A stretch of 64,000 bases of DNA from an uncultured Pelagibacteraceae bacterium (GCA_902518595.1 CABYGR010000001.1:2704-66703); one strand, 5' to 3'. Shown: positions 50,271 through 60,694, numbered from the stretch's first letter. Notes: generated by a model from the letters alone, not told the origin. A program made the numbers and translations.

Positions 50271-51880
50271 TATTTTCCTAGTATCATATCTGCACCTTTT
50301 TCTGCAATCATAATAGTAGGTGCATTAGTATTTCCTGACGTGATATTAGGCATTATCGAAGCATCTATAACTCTAAGATTTTCTATTCCGTGAACTTTTA
50401 ATTTTTCATCTACAACAGAATTTTCGTCTCTTCCCATTTTACACGTTCCAACAGGATGAAATATAGTTTGAGTATGATCACTACCCACCTTAACCAATTC
50501 TTCATCGTCTTTAACATGTAATCCAGGTCTATATTCTTCTGGTTTATATTTTTTAAATGTTTCGGTTTCTAACATTATTTTTCTGATAAGTTTAAGTCCT
50601 TGAGCAGCAACATACCTGTCATCATCAGTTGAGAGATAGTTCATTTTAATTTTGGGATAATCTTTAATATTATTACTAATTATATTTATTTCACCTCTAC
50701 TAGTAGGTCTAACATTTGCTACAGTTGGAGTAATACCTTCAAAATCATGCAACTTAGTAGCACCTAGAATATCTGTACTGATTGGTTGAACATGAAACTG
50801 TAAATTAGGTGTTTCTCTGGAATTATCACTTTTAGCAAAGCCACACACTTGACTTGCACCCATAGTCATAGGGCCACTTTGATTAAAGACATATTCTAAT
50901 CCAATTAAAAAATTTCCAAAAAGACTATTTATCTTTTTATTTAAAGATTTAAGATTCTTCACTTTATAAACTGGTCTGAACATTAAATGATCCTGTAAAT
51001 TTTTACCAACACCTTTTAATTGATTAATTATATTAATTCCAAATTTTTTAAGTTTTTCACCATCCCCAATTCCTGAAATTTGTAGAATATGTGGTGATCC
51101 AATTGATCCAGCAGATAAAATTATTTCTTTATTTGTTTTAACCTCGATTGATTTACCATTATTGAAATAATTTAAACTTACTGCTTTTTTTTCTTCAAAA
51201 TTAATTTTTTCAACATGAGCATTGGTAACGATTTTTAGATTAGATCTTTTTTTGATAGGATTTAAATATCCTTTTGCAGCGCTACATCTTAATTTCAAAC
51301 CTTTGTGACTATGACTTGTTGTAAATTGAAAGTAGCCAACACCAAAATTGTCACCGGTGTTAAAATCATTAACTTTTGGTATTCCACTTTCTTCAGCAGC
51401 ATTTATAAATTCTTCTAGCATTTTTAGTTTAATCTTCTTATTAGCAACAGTTATGGGACCACTATCATTATGGAATTCATTTTTACCTAATTCGTTATTT
51501 TCAGATTTTATAAAATAAGGTAATACGTCGTCCCAACCCCATCCACTATTACCTTGTTGACGCCAGTTATCATAATCATTGCTTTGACCTCTTATCCAAA
51601 GAAGTCCATTAATTGAGGAACTTCCTCCTAATGTTTTACCTCTAGGATATCTTATTGATCTATTATTCATACTTTCATCTTTTTCTGTATGAAAACACCA
51701 ATCAACTTTTGGATTGTGCATTGTTTTATAATATCCAACTGGAATATGAATCCATGGATAGGTATCTTTTCCTCCAGCCTCTAAGAGCAAAACTTTATTT
51801 TTTGGATTTGCTGAAAGTCTGTTGGCTAAAACACATCCCGCAGATCCTGCTCCAATTATAATAAAATCAAAATTTTCCAT
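50270..51880 (-). CDS. GMC oxidoreductase (BetA-like; isethionate dehydrogenase IseJ candidate)
   Basis: [46 protein letters not shown]. Confidence 0.9.
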   Translation of the reverse strand: MENFDFIIIGAGSAGCVLANRLSANPKNKVLLLEAGGKDTYPWIHIPVGYYKTMHNPKVDWCFHTEKDESMNNRSIRYPRGKTLGGSSSINGLLWIRGQSNDYDNWRQQGNSGWGWDDVLPYFIKSENNELGKNEFHNDSGPITVANKKIKLKMLEEFINAAEESGIPKVNDFNTGDNFGVGYFQFTTSHSHKGLKLRCSAAKGYLNPIKKRSNLKIVTNAHVEKINFEEKKAVSLNYFNNGKSIEVKTNKEIILSAGSIGSPHILQISGIGDGEKLKKFGINIINQLKGVGKNLQDHLMFRPVYKVKNLKSLNKKINSLFGNFLIGLEYVFNQSGPMTMGASQVCGFAKSDNSRETPNLQFHVQPISTDILGATKLHDFEGITPTVANVRPTSRGEINIISNNIKDYPKIKMNYLSTDDDRYVAAQGLKLIRKIMLETETFKKYKPEEYRPGLHVKDDEELVKVGSDHTQTIFHPVGTCKMGRDENSVVDEKLKVHGIENLRVIDASIMPNITSGNTNAPTIMIAEKGADMILGK

Positions 51881-52013
51881 TTCTAGTTGAATAGTTTTTT
51901 TAATAAATCTTTTTAAATGTTATTTACACTTATAATAATCAATTGTCACTTGTGTCTGCTTTATTTTTCTGATTGTATGCGTTCGTTAAATTTAACTAAC
52001 AAGAGGAAAAATA

Positions 52014-53108
52014 ATGAAAAAAATCATTTCAATGTTATTTGCAACGATTTTAGTACTTGGATTTACGTCTAGTGCAAATGCTGCAAAAACACTAAAATGT
52101 CAGACTGTTCTTAACACTAAAGCGGATGAAGTTAAGATGTTAAAGGACTTTACTGATACAGTAACAGAATTAACAGCTGGTTCGTTAAAATTTGAAATTT
52201 TACCTGCTGGTGCAGTTGTTGGAGTTAAAGAAACTCTAGATGCTGTCGACAAAGGATTAATCGATTGTGGATTTGCATGGACACACTATTGGTCAGGAGA
52301 TCACCCTGCTGCTATGTTATTCGGTTCGCCAGTAGCTGGTGGTGGAGTTGGTATTGACAACTTAGCATTCTTATCTTGGTTCCAATACGGTGGTGGTAAA
52401 GAATTATATGACCAACTATGGAAAGAAATGGGAAGAGACATAAAAGGATTTATGCTTCAACCAGTTGGACCAGAAGCTTTAGGTTGGTTTCCAAAACCAA
52501 TTAAAGATATGGCTGACTTTAGAAAATATAAGTTCAGAACTCCTCCAGGAATTCCAGGACAAACCTACAAAGATATTGGTATAGCATCTGTAGCTATGGG
52601 TGGTGGAGATATTCTACCAGCTCTAGAAGCAGGTACAATTGATGCCGCTGAGTGGTGTTGTCCAAAGCCAGATATGGTTTTTGGTTTCCAAAAAGTATTA
52701 AAGCATTATTATCTACAAGGTTTACACCAAGTAGTTGTAAATGCTGACTTTTATATCACTGGAAAAACTTATAAAGCAATGAGTGCTCATGAGAAAAAAT
52801 CTCTTGAAGTTGCAGCTAATGCTTCATTAGCTAAATCTTTAAGTTATAGAATCTATGAGAACGGAAAAGCTTTACAACAATTAACTACTAAGCATGGAGT
52901 AATTTTAGAAGATACTCCATCAGACTACTTCGTAGAATATATGGCAGCTGCAAAAGCTACTTTAAATAAAAATGCTGAGAAAAATGCATTTTTCAAAAAA
53001 GTATACGACTCTATGAAAGAGTTTGCTGATGTTGCAGTTCCATTCTGGAGTGGTGCTCAAATGTCTAATGCTAAGCTAGGAATGGCCCACGCAGCAACAT
53101 TAAAGTAA
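52014..53108 (+). CDS. TRAP substrate-binding protein, candidate sulfonate-binding
   Basis: Sec signal; FRTPPG, GGGDILPALEAGTIDAAEW; AGAGGA RBS; divergent from the GMC gene. Confidence 0.9.
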   Translation: MKKIISMLFATILVLGFTSSANAAKTLKCQTVLNTKADEVKMLKDFTDTVTELTAGSLKFEILPAGAVVGVKETLDAVDKGLIDCGFAWTHYWSGDHPAAMLFGSPVAGGGVGIDNLAFLSWFQYGGGKELYDQLWKEMGRDIKGFMLQPVGPEALGWFPKPIKDMADFRKYKFRTPPGIPGQTYKDIGIASVAMGGGDILPALEAGTIDAAEWCCPKPDMVFGFQKVLKHYYLQGLHQVVVNADFYITGKTYKAMSAHEKKSLEVAANASLAKSLSYRIYENGKALQQLTTKHGVILEDTPSDYFVEYMAAAKATLNKNAEKNAFFKKVYDSMKEFADVAVPFWSGAQMSNAKLGMAHAATLK

Positions 53109-53131
53109 TCAGTAATTAATCTTGATTCTAT

Positions 53132-53167
53132 TTAGAGCGGACTTTTAAAGTCCGCTCTAATTTTTTT
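53132..53167 (+). terminator. Intra-operon hairpin/terminator after the TRAP SBP gene
   Basis: TTAGAGCGGACTTT-T-AAAGTCCGCTCTAA followed by T7. Confidence 0.85.
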
Positions 53168-53179
53168 AACTTAAATTTT

Positions 53180-53794
53180 ATGGCAAACGAACCCAGTAAA
53201 CTAGATATTTCAGACGAAATGATTGCTGAAAGGCGAGGTGGTTCGGGAAAAATGCCAGATGATATGCCGTTATGGATGGCTAAATCAATTGTAAATATTG
53301 ATAAATTTAGTAAATGGATTGGTAATATTGTTTGCTGGATATTAATTCCACTAATTTTTGCAATGACCTATGAGGTACTTGCGAGAAAATTATTTTTAGC
53401 TCCAACGATTTGGGCTTATGATATTAGTCGTTTTTTATATGGTGCACTTTTCATGTTAGGTGCTGGATATGCTCTTTCTAGAGGGGTACATATAAGGGCT
53501 GATTTTTTATATAGAAATTTTAAAACTAAAAACCAAGGTCTAATAGATTTCTGGTTATATCTTTTATTTTACTTTCCTGGCTTGATTGTTTTTCTTTATA
53601 TGACAATCGGATATGTAGGAGAGTCTATTCAAAGAGGAGAGAGAGGCATGGACACTACTTGGATGCCTTACATGTGGCCAATTAAAACTTGTTTGTTAGT
53701 TGGTATTATATTTTTACTTATTCAAGGTATTTCTGAATTATTTAAAAGTTATTGGGCAGCTAAAAAAGGTGTATGGCCAGGAGATATTAAGTGA
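53180..53794 (+). CDS. TRAP small permease (DctQ)
   Basis: PTIWAYD, HIRADFLY; four TMs. Confidence 0.92.
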   Translation: MANEPSKLDISDEMIAERRGGSGKMPDDMPLWMAKSIVNIDKFSKWIGNIVCWILIPLIFAMTYEVLARKLFLAPTIWAYDISRFLYGALFMLGAGYALSRGVHIRADFLYRNFKTKNQGLIDFWLYLLFYFPGLIVFLYMTIGYVGESIQRGERGMDTTWMPYMWPIKTCLLVGIIFLLIQGISELFKSYWAAKKGVWPGDIK

Positions 53795-55125
53795 TAGCTG
53801 AGTTTATAGATCCAGCTATTTTAGGTTTTATTTTAGTAGGAGTAATGCTTTTTGCAATTTTTGTTGGATTTCCTATTTCATTTACATTGATATTTTTAGG
53901 ATTTGTTTTTGGTTACTTAGGATTTGGAAAGTTAGTTTTTTACTTAATGACCCTGCAGTTTTCCATGGTCATGACTGAACAAACACTTGCTGCCGTCCCA
54001 CTTTTTGTCTTTATGGGCATTATGATGGAACAAGCAGGCCTTATGGAAAGGTTGTTTTCAGCTTTTCAATTAATGTTAGCTAAAGTAAGAGGCTCTTTAT
54101 ATTATGCAGTTTTATTTGTATCTGTAATATTTGCTGCAGCAACAGGAATTGTGGGAGCTTCAGTTACAATTCTTGGAATAATGGCAGCAAAATCTATGAA
54201 CAGATCAGGATACGATGTTAGGCTTGCTGCAGGAACTATTACAGCAGGTGGAACTTTAGGAATATTAATTCCACCAAGTATTATGCTTGTAGTAATGGGG
54301 CCGATTATGGAAATACCAGTAATTGATTTGTTTGCAGCTGCAATACTTCCAGGAATTCTTTTAGCAAGTTTATATGCTGGTTATACAACAATAAGATGTA
54401 TGATTAATCCTAAATTAGGACCTGTTCTATCGGAAGATATGAGAGCAGCAAGTATGAAAGAAGTTTGGATTGAGTTTTTCTTAGGATTAGTTCCTCCAGC
54501 AGCTTTAGTTTTTGCAGCTCTAGGAAGTATTTTGTTTGGATTTGCAACTCCAACAGAAGCAGCTGGTTGTGGAGCTATGGGTGCTTTACTACTTTCTTTA
54601 GCTTATAGAAAATTAACTCTTCCAAAATTACAAGAAGCTTTAGTCAAAACTTTAGAGATAACAGCTTTGATAATGGTTTTAGTTGCTGCTTCTAATTTTT
54701 TTGGTGCAGTTTTTGCAAGATTAGGAACTCCAACTTTGTTAACTGAATTTTTATTAGGCTTGGAAATGAATAAATATTTAATTTTAGCAATGATAATGGC
54801 TATGATATTTTTATTGGGCTGGCCATTAGAATGGGTACCAATTGTGATGATAATTATACCAATAATTTTACCTTTAGTAGAAGCGCTAGGGTTTAATCTA
54901 ACTTGGTTTGCAATTTTGGTTGCAGTAAATTTACAAACTGCTTGGCTTTCACCCCCTGTTGCTCTTTCAGCCTATTTTTTAAAAGGTGTAGTTCCTGAAT
55001 GGGATTTAAAAGATATTTACTATGGGATGATGCAATTTATGGTCTTACAAATAATTGGTTTGGTTTTAATTATTATTTTTCCTAAAATTGCGCTTTGGTT
55101 ACCGACTCTCTTATATGGACAGTAG
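53791..55125 (+). CDS. TRAP large permease (DctM)
   Basis: AVPLFVFMG, GGTLGILIPPS, TPTEA, LSPP. Confidence 0.93.
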   Translation: MIAEFIDPAILGFILVGVMLFAIFVGFPISFTLIFLGFVFGYLGFGKLVFYLMTLQFSMVMTEQTLAAVPLFVFMGIMMEQAGLMERLFSAFQLMLAKVRGSLYYAVLFVSVIFAAATGIVGASVTILGIMAAKSMNRSGYDVRLAAGTITAGGTLGILIPPSIMLVVMGPIMEIPVIDLFAAAILPGILLASLYAGYTTIRCMINPKLGPVLSEDMRAASMKEVWIEFFLGLVPPAALVFAALGSILFGFATPTEAAGCGAMGALLLSLAYRKLTLPKLQEALVKTLEITALIMVLVAASNFFGAVFARLGTPTLLTEFLLGLEMNKYLILAMIMAMIFLLGWPLEWVPIVMIIIPIILPLVEALGFNLTWFAILVAVNLQTAWLSPPVALSAYFLKGVVPEWDLKDIYYGMMQFMVLQIIGLVLIIIFPKIALWLPTLLYGQ

Positions 55126-55150
55126 AATTTATTAGTTTAAAATAAATTTA

Positions 55151-56608
55151 GTGAATCAACCAAAAGTAAAATACTCTCTTTCAAATTGGGATCTTGTAAC
55201 AGTTAATCCTAATTATAAAACTTGGAATTGGAAAGATATTTTTTGTTTTTGGGGAATAAATATTCAAAGTATAATAGGATTCTCTCTTATCGCATCTTTG
55301 TACATAATATACAGCTTAAATACTTTTATAGTTTTTTTTGGGACTATTTTAGGTTCATTTTTTGTTTATCTATTTTGTAATTTAATTGGAAAACCTTCTC
55401 AAAAATTTGGATTACCTTTTGCAGTTCTTTTAAGGTCATCTTTAGGATTCAATGGTGCTAAATTTTTTGGATTAATAAGAAGCTTAGTAGGAATTTTTTT
55501 ATTTGGAATTCAAACGTATTTTTTATCAAAGATTTTTGGATATTTAATTAGAATATTAATTTATTCATTAGATAGCTCATTACTAGATAAAGAAATTTTT
55601 CTTACTTTTTTATTAGGTTTAAATATTATTGATTGGTTTTCTTTATTTTTTGTTATTATTTTTCAAACCTTAATGTTTAGTATAGGCATTCAGTATAATA
55701 AAAAAATAATTAATTATTCTGCAATTACCGTTTACGTAGGGATGATCTTTTTTTTCTTTGTAGTGTTTTTAAATGACGTAAAAATAACCTCACAAGCATT
55801 TTTAGATGTTTTAAACTTAGATAATTTTCTCAACATAAATAATTTAGCACCTCTTTTAACAGTAGCTGCCACAATATTTGCTTACTTTTCCATAGTCATT
55901 GTAAGCTTTGGTGATTTTTCAAGATATGTAAAAAATGAAAAAGAATTAAATAAAGGTAATCTAGGTTTAATATTAAATTTAATAATATTTTCGTTCTTTT
56001 CAGTTTTTATTGTTGCTGGATCGGATATTTTTTTAAATCAAAAATTTTCTGATCTAGACAGAATACTTACAAATCCAAAAGATATAATTGGTAAGTTTGA
56101 CAATATTTCAATAACAATAGTTGTTCTTTTATTTATTATAGTTGCTTCAGCATCAACAAATTTGGTAGCAAATTATATTCCTTCTCAATACTCGTTAATT
56201 AATTTTATACCTACTAAATTAACTTTAAGAAGTGCTAGTTATACTATTTCATTCATAGGTTTGTTAGTAGGAATTTTCTGGCTGACATTCTTAAGTCAAA
56301 TAGGAATTTTATCATTTATAGATACTTTTGGTTGTTTTTTTGGACCTTTATTTGGAGTGATGATTGCTGATTTCTATTTAATTAAAAAAGGAAGTTTAAG
56401 TAATAAAGATCTTTATTCGACTGAAAGAGAAAGTATTTACTATTATTCTGGCGGTTGGCACATACGCGGAGTTTATTCTTTATTATTAGGTTTTATTTTT
56501 GCTGCTTCAACAATATGGAATACTAATCTTATGTTTTTACAGTCTTCTGCTTGGATAATTGGTGCATTTATATCTTGGTTAACATATTATTTGTTAATAA
56601 TAAAATAA
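55151..56608 (+). CDS. Divergent NCS1 family permease
   Basis: GKPSQKFGLPF, FGIQTY, SFGDFSRY, TNLVANYIP, GVMIADFY. Confidence 0.85.
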   Translation: MNQPKVKYSLSNWDLVTVNPNYKTWNWKDIFCFWGINIQSIIGFSLIASLYIIYSLNTFIVFFGTILGSFFVYLFCNLIGKPSQKFGLPFAVLLRSSLGFNGAKFFGLIRSLVGIFLFGIQTYFLSKIFGYLIRILIYSLDSSLLDKEIFLTFLLGLNIIDWFSLFFVIIFQTLMFSIGIQYNKKIINYSAITVYVGMIFFFFVVFLNDVKITSQAFLDVLNLDNFLNINNLAPLLTVAATIFAYFSIVIVSFGDFSRYVKNEKELNKGNLGLILNLIIFSFFSVFIVAGSDIFLNQKFSDLDRILTNPKDIIGKFDNISITIVVLLFIIVASASTNLVANYIPSQYSLINFIPTKLTLRSASYTISFIGLLVGIFWLTFLSQIGILSFIDTFGCFFGPLFGVMIADFYLIKKGSLSNKDLYSTERESIYYYSGGWHIRGVYSLLLGFIFAASTIWNTNLMFLQSSAWIIGAFISWLTYYLLIIK

Positions 56609-56612
56609 TTAA

Positions 56613-57365
56613 ATGGATAAAATTAAATTCGATTTTAAAAATAGAACTGCCATTATAACTGGTGGTGCGCAAGGGTTTGGTTTAGATATTGCAAAAAGAT
56701 TTCTAACATCTGGTTCTAGGGTAATAATTTGGGATATAGATTCTAAAATGATAGAAAAAGCTATTAAAGATTTAAATAATTCAAATCTAAGCACAAATAT
56801 GATTGATGTATCTAATTACAAAGAAGTAGAGAATTGTGCTAATGGGATTATAAAAAATTACAATATTGATATTCTTATTAATAATGCTGGTATCACTGGT
56901 CCAACAGCAACATTATGGGAATATGATATAGAAACGTGGAAAAAGGTTGTGGATATAAATTTAATGGGAACATTTAATTGTTGTAGAGCAATAGTTCCAA
57001 ATATGATCAAAAATAACTATGGTAGAATAGTAAATGTAGCATCAGTAGCTGGAAAAGATGGTAATGCTAATGCAAGTGCATATAGTGTGGGTAAAGCAGG
57101 AACAATTGGATTAACTAAATCTTTGGGGAAAGAACTTGCAGAAAAGAATATAGCTGTAAATGCTGTTACACCTGCAGGGGCTAAAACACGAATTTTAGAC
57201 CAAATGACCAAAGATCACGTTCAAAGAATGCTATCTAAAGTGCCTAGAGGTAGATTTCTTGAGGTAGAGGAGTTTACTTCTTTAGTTTGTTGGCTTTCAT
57301 CAGAGGAAAATACTTTTTCTACCGCAGCTGTTTTTGATATAAGTGGTGGTCGTTCAACTTATTAA
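56613..57365 (+). CDS. SDR oxidoreductase (FabG-like)
   Basis: TGGAQGFG, NNAG, ASVAGKDGN, YSVGK, FDISGGRSTY. Confidence 0.92.
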   Translation: MDKIKFDFKNRTAIITGGAQGFGLDIAKRFLTSGSRVIIWDIDSKMIEKAIKDLNNSNLSTNMIDVSNYKEVENCANGIIKNYNIDILINNAGITGPTATLWEYDIETWKKVVDINLMGTFNCCRAIVPNMIKNNYGRIVNVASVAGKDGNANASAYSVGKAGTIGLTKSLGKELAEKNIAVNAVTPAGAKTRILDQMTKDHVQRMLSKVPRGRFLEVEEFTSLVCWLSSEENTFSTAAVFDISGGRSTY

Positions 57366-57505
57366 CTTAGAGGTTTTTGCTCAACTATTTTTGTGTTGCT
57401 AATCTTTGCTCTGCTTAATTTTATATCTTTAGACATAACGGGTGCAAAAATCATGATTGACCAGTAAATTAGCAGTATAAAAATCGAAATTGTCTTCATA
57501 ATCAT
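57362..57505 (-). CDS. Small hypothetical protein with signal/TM segment (47 aa)
   Basis: MIMKTISIFILLIYWSIMIFAPVMSKDIKLS...; fills the gap between two plus-strand genes. Confidence 0.45.
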   Translation of the reverse strand: MIMKTISIFILLIYWSIMIFAPVMSKDIKLSRAKISNTKIVEQKPLS

Positions 57506-57585
57506 GATATAGATATAAATATTGATTTTTGAATGTTTAAATCTTGTCAAAATAATGTATTAACAAGTTTTTTTAAAATTAATTT

Positions 57586-58236
57586 ATGAATTTTTTAATT
57601 AGAATTTTTGTTATTTGGTTTACAGTTGGTTCCATTAGTTTTGCTAATGAGATAAAAGTATTTGACTTTAATGAGACAGAACTTTCTGGACTAGACGTAA
57701 GAAAGGTAAGAGGAGCAGACAATAAGACGATATATACAGTGGGATCTAATGAAAATGGTAATTTCTTAAAAGCAGTTGCAGATAACGCAGCTTCAGGTCT
57801 GGGAAAAGAAGTGAAAATTGACTTAAACAAAACTCCATTTATCAATATTACATGGAAAATTGAGAAAGATTTACCGGGCATTAAAGAAAATACAAAAAAA
57901 GGTCATGATTTTGCAGCTAGAGTTTTTGCCGTAAAAAAGACAGGGGCCACACCACTCTCAAATAGAGCAATAAATTATGTATTTTCAAGCAACAATGAAA
58001 TTGGCTTTAATTCACCGAGTCCTTATACAAAAAAATCAATAGATAATGTTTTAGCGAGCACCAAAAGTAACCTTAATGAGTGGATTACAGTAAAAGCTAA
58101 TGTAAAAGAAGATTTTAAAAAGTTCCATAACCTTGATGTAAATGAATTAGATGGGTTAGCCATCATGACAGATACTGATAATTCAAAAATGAAAGCTATA
58201 GCTTATTATCAAAATATTTATTTTTCAGAAAAATAA
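57586..58236 (+). CDS. DUF3047 domain exported protein
   Basis: Signal peptide; ASGL, TPFINITW, HDFAARVF, AINYVFSS, LAIMTDTDN. Confidence 0.85.
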   Translation: MNFLIRIFVIWFTVGSISFANEIKVFDFNETELSGLDVRKVRGADNKTIYTVGSNENGNFLKAVADNAASGLGKEVKIDLNKTPFINITWKIEKDLPGIKENTKKGHDFAARVFAVKKTGATPLSNRAINYVFSSNNEIGFNSPSPYTKKSIDNVLASTKSNLNEWITVKANVKEDFKKFHNLDVNELDGLAIMTDTDNSKMKAIAYYQNIYFSEK

Positions 58237-58377
58237 TTATAATTTTAAATATTTTTTTAAAAAAAGGTTAAATAAAGCTAAGATAACTGCAACTAAAACA
58301 TCTTCAACTGGACTGGCCTTAGGATAACCAAAGTTCCATGCTATTACCATTACCAACCAAATAACAAAAATATTCAT
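58237..58377 (-). CDS. Small two-TM protein (46 aa)
   Basis: MNIFVIWLVMVIAWNFGYPKASPVEDVLVAVILALFNLFLKKYLKL*; AAGG upstream. Confidence 0.65.
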   Translation of the reverse strand: MNIFVIWLVMVIAWNFGYPKASPVEDVLVAVILALFNLFLKKYLKL

Positions 58378-58434
58378 ATAGATCTTTATACCTTAGATTC
58401 TGTCAAATAATTATTTATTTGATATAATTATCGT

Positions 58435-58857
58435 ATGCATGAAAATTTTTTTCATAAGTTAAAAGTATATTATGAAGATACAGATTCTGGTGGAGTAGTT
58501 TATTATGCCAATTATCTTAAATATTTAGAAAGAGCTAGAACTGAAGCATTATTTTCAATTGGTTTTAGTAATAAGAAAGTTCAAGAAGATTTTAATTCAT
58601 TAATAATAGTTAAATCTTGTAATATTGAATATAAAAAATCAGCTTATCTAGAAGATGAATTAACTGTTAGGTCTTTTGTTAAATCAATAACAAAAACTTC
58701 TTTTTTTATGAATCAAATAATTACAAAAGGTGAGGAAACAATAGTTGAATCACAAGTTCATTTAGTTTTTATTAATAAAGAAGGCAAACCGGTAAAAATA
58801 CCTGATGAAATATATCTAAAATTTAAACCGTATTTTTGTGATACTATTAAAACTTAG
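58435..58857 (+). CDS. ybgC: YbgC/FadM acyl-CoA thioesterase
   Basis: VYYEDTDSGGVVYYANYLKYLERARTE. Confidence 0.9.
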   Translation: MHENFFHKLKVYYEDTDSGGVVYYANYLKYLERARTEALFSIGFSNKKVQEDFNSLIIVKSCNIEYKKSAYLEDELTVRSFVKSITKTSFFMNQIITKGEETIVESQVHLVFINKEGKPVKIPDEIYLKFKPYFCDTIKT

Positions 58858-59527
58858 CTATTCTTTTTGCTTTTTTAAATAATAGATTAATCATATTAGC
58901 AGTCACAACTTTGGTATTAACATTTCTAGGACTTGGATGATAACTAGCTATTAAAGTTTTATTGTCAGGCAATAAATATTTTTTACCATGCTTAAATTCA
59001 AATTTTTTATTAATCTTAAATCTTTTTTTATAAATTTTTAAACAATTATCAAAAGCAACCTTGCCAAGAGCAACTATTACAGTTAGGTTTTTTAAATAAT
59101 CCAATTCTTGAATAAAATAATTTGAACATCTAGTCAATTCATTATTTTTAGGTTTGTCACCCGGAGGAACACACTTTAAAATATTAGTTATGTAGGTAGA
59201 ATTTAATTTCAACCCGTCATTTATTTTTTTAGAGAAATTTTGATTAGATATTTTTGCTGAATAAAGACTCTTAAAAAGAAAATCTCCTGATTTATCTCCT
59301 GTAAAAGCTCTACCTGTCCTCGTGCCACCATGAGCAGCAGGAGCTAAACCTATGATCATTATTTTTGCATTTAAATCACCAAAACCAGTGACGGGTTTTC
59401 CCCAGTATTCTTCATTGATATTTTGTTTTCTTTTTTTTAATGATATTTTTTTAACAAAATTGGCTAGCCGAGGACACTTTTTACAATTAACTATTGTCTT
59501 ATTTAGTTTTTTAAATTTAATATTCAT
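58847..59527 (-). CDS. Uracil-DNA glycosylase, family 5 (UdgB-like)
   Basis: CKKCPRL, GLAPAAHGGTRTGRAFTGD, KCVPP, YHPSPRN. Confidence 0.9.
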   Translation of the reverse strand: MNIKFKKLNKTIVNCKKCPRLANFVKKISLKKRKQNINEEYWGKPVTGFGDLNAKIMIIGLAPAAHGGTRTGRAFTGDKSGDFLFKSLYSAKISNQNFSKKINDGLKLNSTYITNILKCVPPGDKPKNNELTRCSNYFIQELDYLKNLTVIVALGKVAFDNCLKIYKKRFKINKKFEFKHGKKYLLPDNKTLIASYHPSPRNVNTKVVTANMINLLFKKAKRIAKF

Positions 59528-59529
59528 TA

Positions 59530-60087
59530 ATGAGATTAATAAATACTATATTAATTATATTTTTAATTTTAACAAATGGAATAAAAGCAGATTCTGAAAC
59601 TCAAGTTTTAGAATATCTAAAAAAGGGCAATAATTTAATTTTTATAAGACATGCATATGCACCAGGTAATGGAGACCCTGATAATTTTGATATTTATGAT
59701 TGTTCAACTCAAAGAAACTTAAGTGAATTAGGAAGAGAGCAGTCAAAAAAAATTGGTAGTTTTTTTGAAAAAAATAAAATTCCAATAGAAAAAGTTATCT
59801 CTAGTGAATGGTGCAGATGTAAAGAAACATCTCAAATAGCATTTGGTAAATTTGAGACAAAAAATTTTCTTAATTCTTTTTTTAGTATGAAGTTTTTAAA
59901 AAAAAAGAAAACTCAAATAAAAGATTTAAAAAAATTTATAAACAATTGGAATAGTGATAAAAATTTAATTTTAGTGACTCATTATGTGGTAATAAAAGAG
60001 ATATTAGATTATGCACCCAGTTCAGGAGAAATTGTGATTTCTGATAAAAATTTTAAAAAAATTGGTAATATAATGATAGATTATTAA
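59530..60087 (+). CDS. Histidine phosphatase family protein with signal peptide
   Basis: IRHAYAPG, CSTQRNL, SSEWCRCKET, LVTH. Confidence 0.88.
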   Translation: MRLINTILIIFLILTNGIKADSETQVLEYLKKGNNLIFIRHAYAPGNGDPDNFDIYDCSTQRNLSELGREQSKKIGSFFEKNKIPIEKVISSEWCRCKETSQIAFGKFETKNFLNSFFSMKFLKKKKTQIKDLKKFINNWNSDKNLILVTHYVVIKEILDYAPSSGEIVISDKNFKKIGNIMIDY

Positions 60088-60094
60088 AAATATT

Positions 60095-60223
60095 ATGTCA
60101 TCAAAGCGAGCAATGAAACAGGCCCAAAAACAAGCATACGCCAAACACAGAAGTAATATTACTAATAGTCGATTTGAAAAAAAAATTAAAAATAACTTTC
60201 TTAAAAAAAAGAAAAAAAATTAA
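60095..60223 (+). CDS. Small basic hypothetical protein (42 aa)
   Basis: MSSKRAMKQAQKQAYAKHRSNITNSRFEKKIKNNFLKKKKKN*; exactly fills the gap. Confidence 0.45.
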   Translation: MSSKRAMKQAQKQAYAKHRSNITNSRFEKKIKNNFLKKKKKN

Positions 60224-60396
60224 TTTTCTTTTTCATTTTTATCTGCAATAAATATTCCTATTAGAAGTAAAGCAGTCCATCCGAGTCCCAAAAGAGCTTT
60301 AAAAATACTAGTTTCTGCACCCCATATATCCAGAACTAAAGCTCCAAAAATTAAACCTATTATATAAATAATTATTACTATTGAAGTATTACTCAT
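60220..60396 (-). CDS. Small two-TM protein (58 aa)
   Basis: MSNTSIVIIIYIIGLIFGALVLDIWGAETSIFKALLGLGWTALLLIGIFIADKNEKEN*; overlaps the DUF1289 stop. Confidence 0.65.
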   Translation of the reverse strand: MSNTSIVIIIYIIGLIFGALVLDIWGAETSIFKALLGLGWTALLLIGIFIADKNEKEN

Positions 60397-60640
60397 TCTT
60401 TAATTTTTTTTTAAAAAGAGAAATACCATTATTTATTTTAAAAGTATATGACTCTTCAAAACTTTCTAATTGCCATCCGGTTAATCTTTTTTTTATTTTA
60501 ATTATATTATCTTTTTTCCATTGATCATTTGTTTCTGTAAGTTTCCAAATTTTTTTCTCTTCTATTGTTCTTCCACATCCATAACAATATCCAGTTGTAG
60601 GATCTGTTTTACAAATACTTATACAAGGCGAAATAATCAT
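60389..60640 (-). CDS. DUF1289 domain Fe-S protein
   Basis: SPCISICK...YCYGCGRTIEEK..W. Confidence 0.88.
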   Translation of the reverse strand: MIISPCISICKTDPTTGYCYGCGRTIEEKKIWKLTETNDQWKKDNIIKIKKRLTGWQLESFEESYTFKINNGISLFKKKLKNE

Positions 60641-60694
60641 TTTAAAAAACTTTAAATTATTAGGGAAAAATAAATGAAATTACAACAATTGTCC

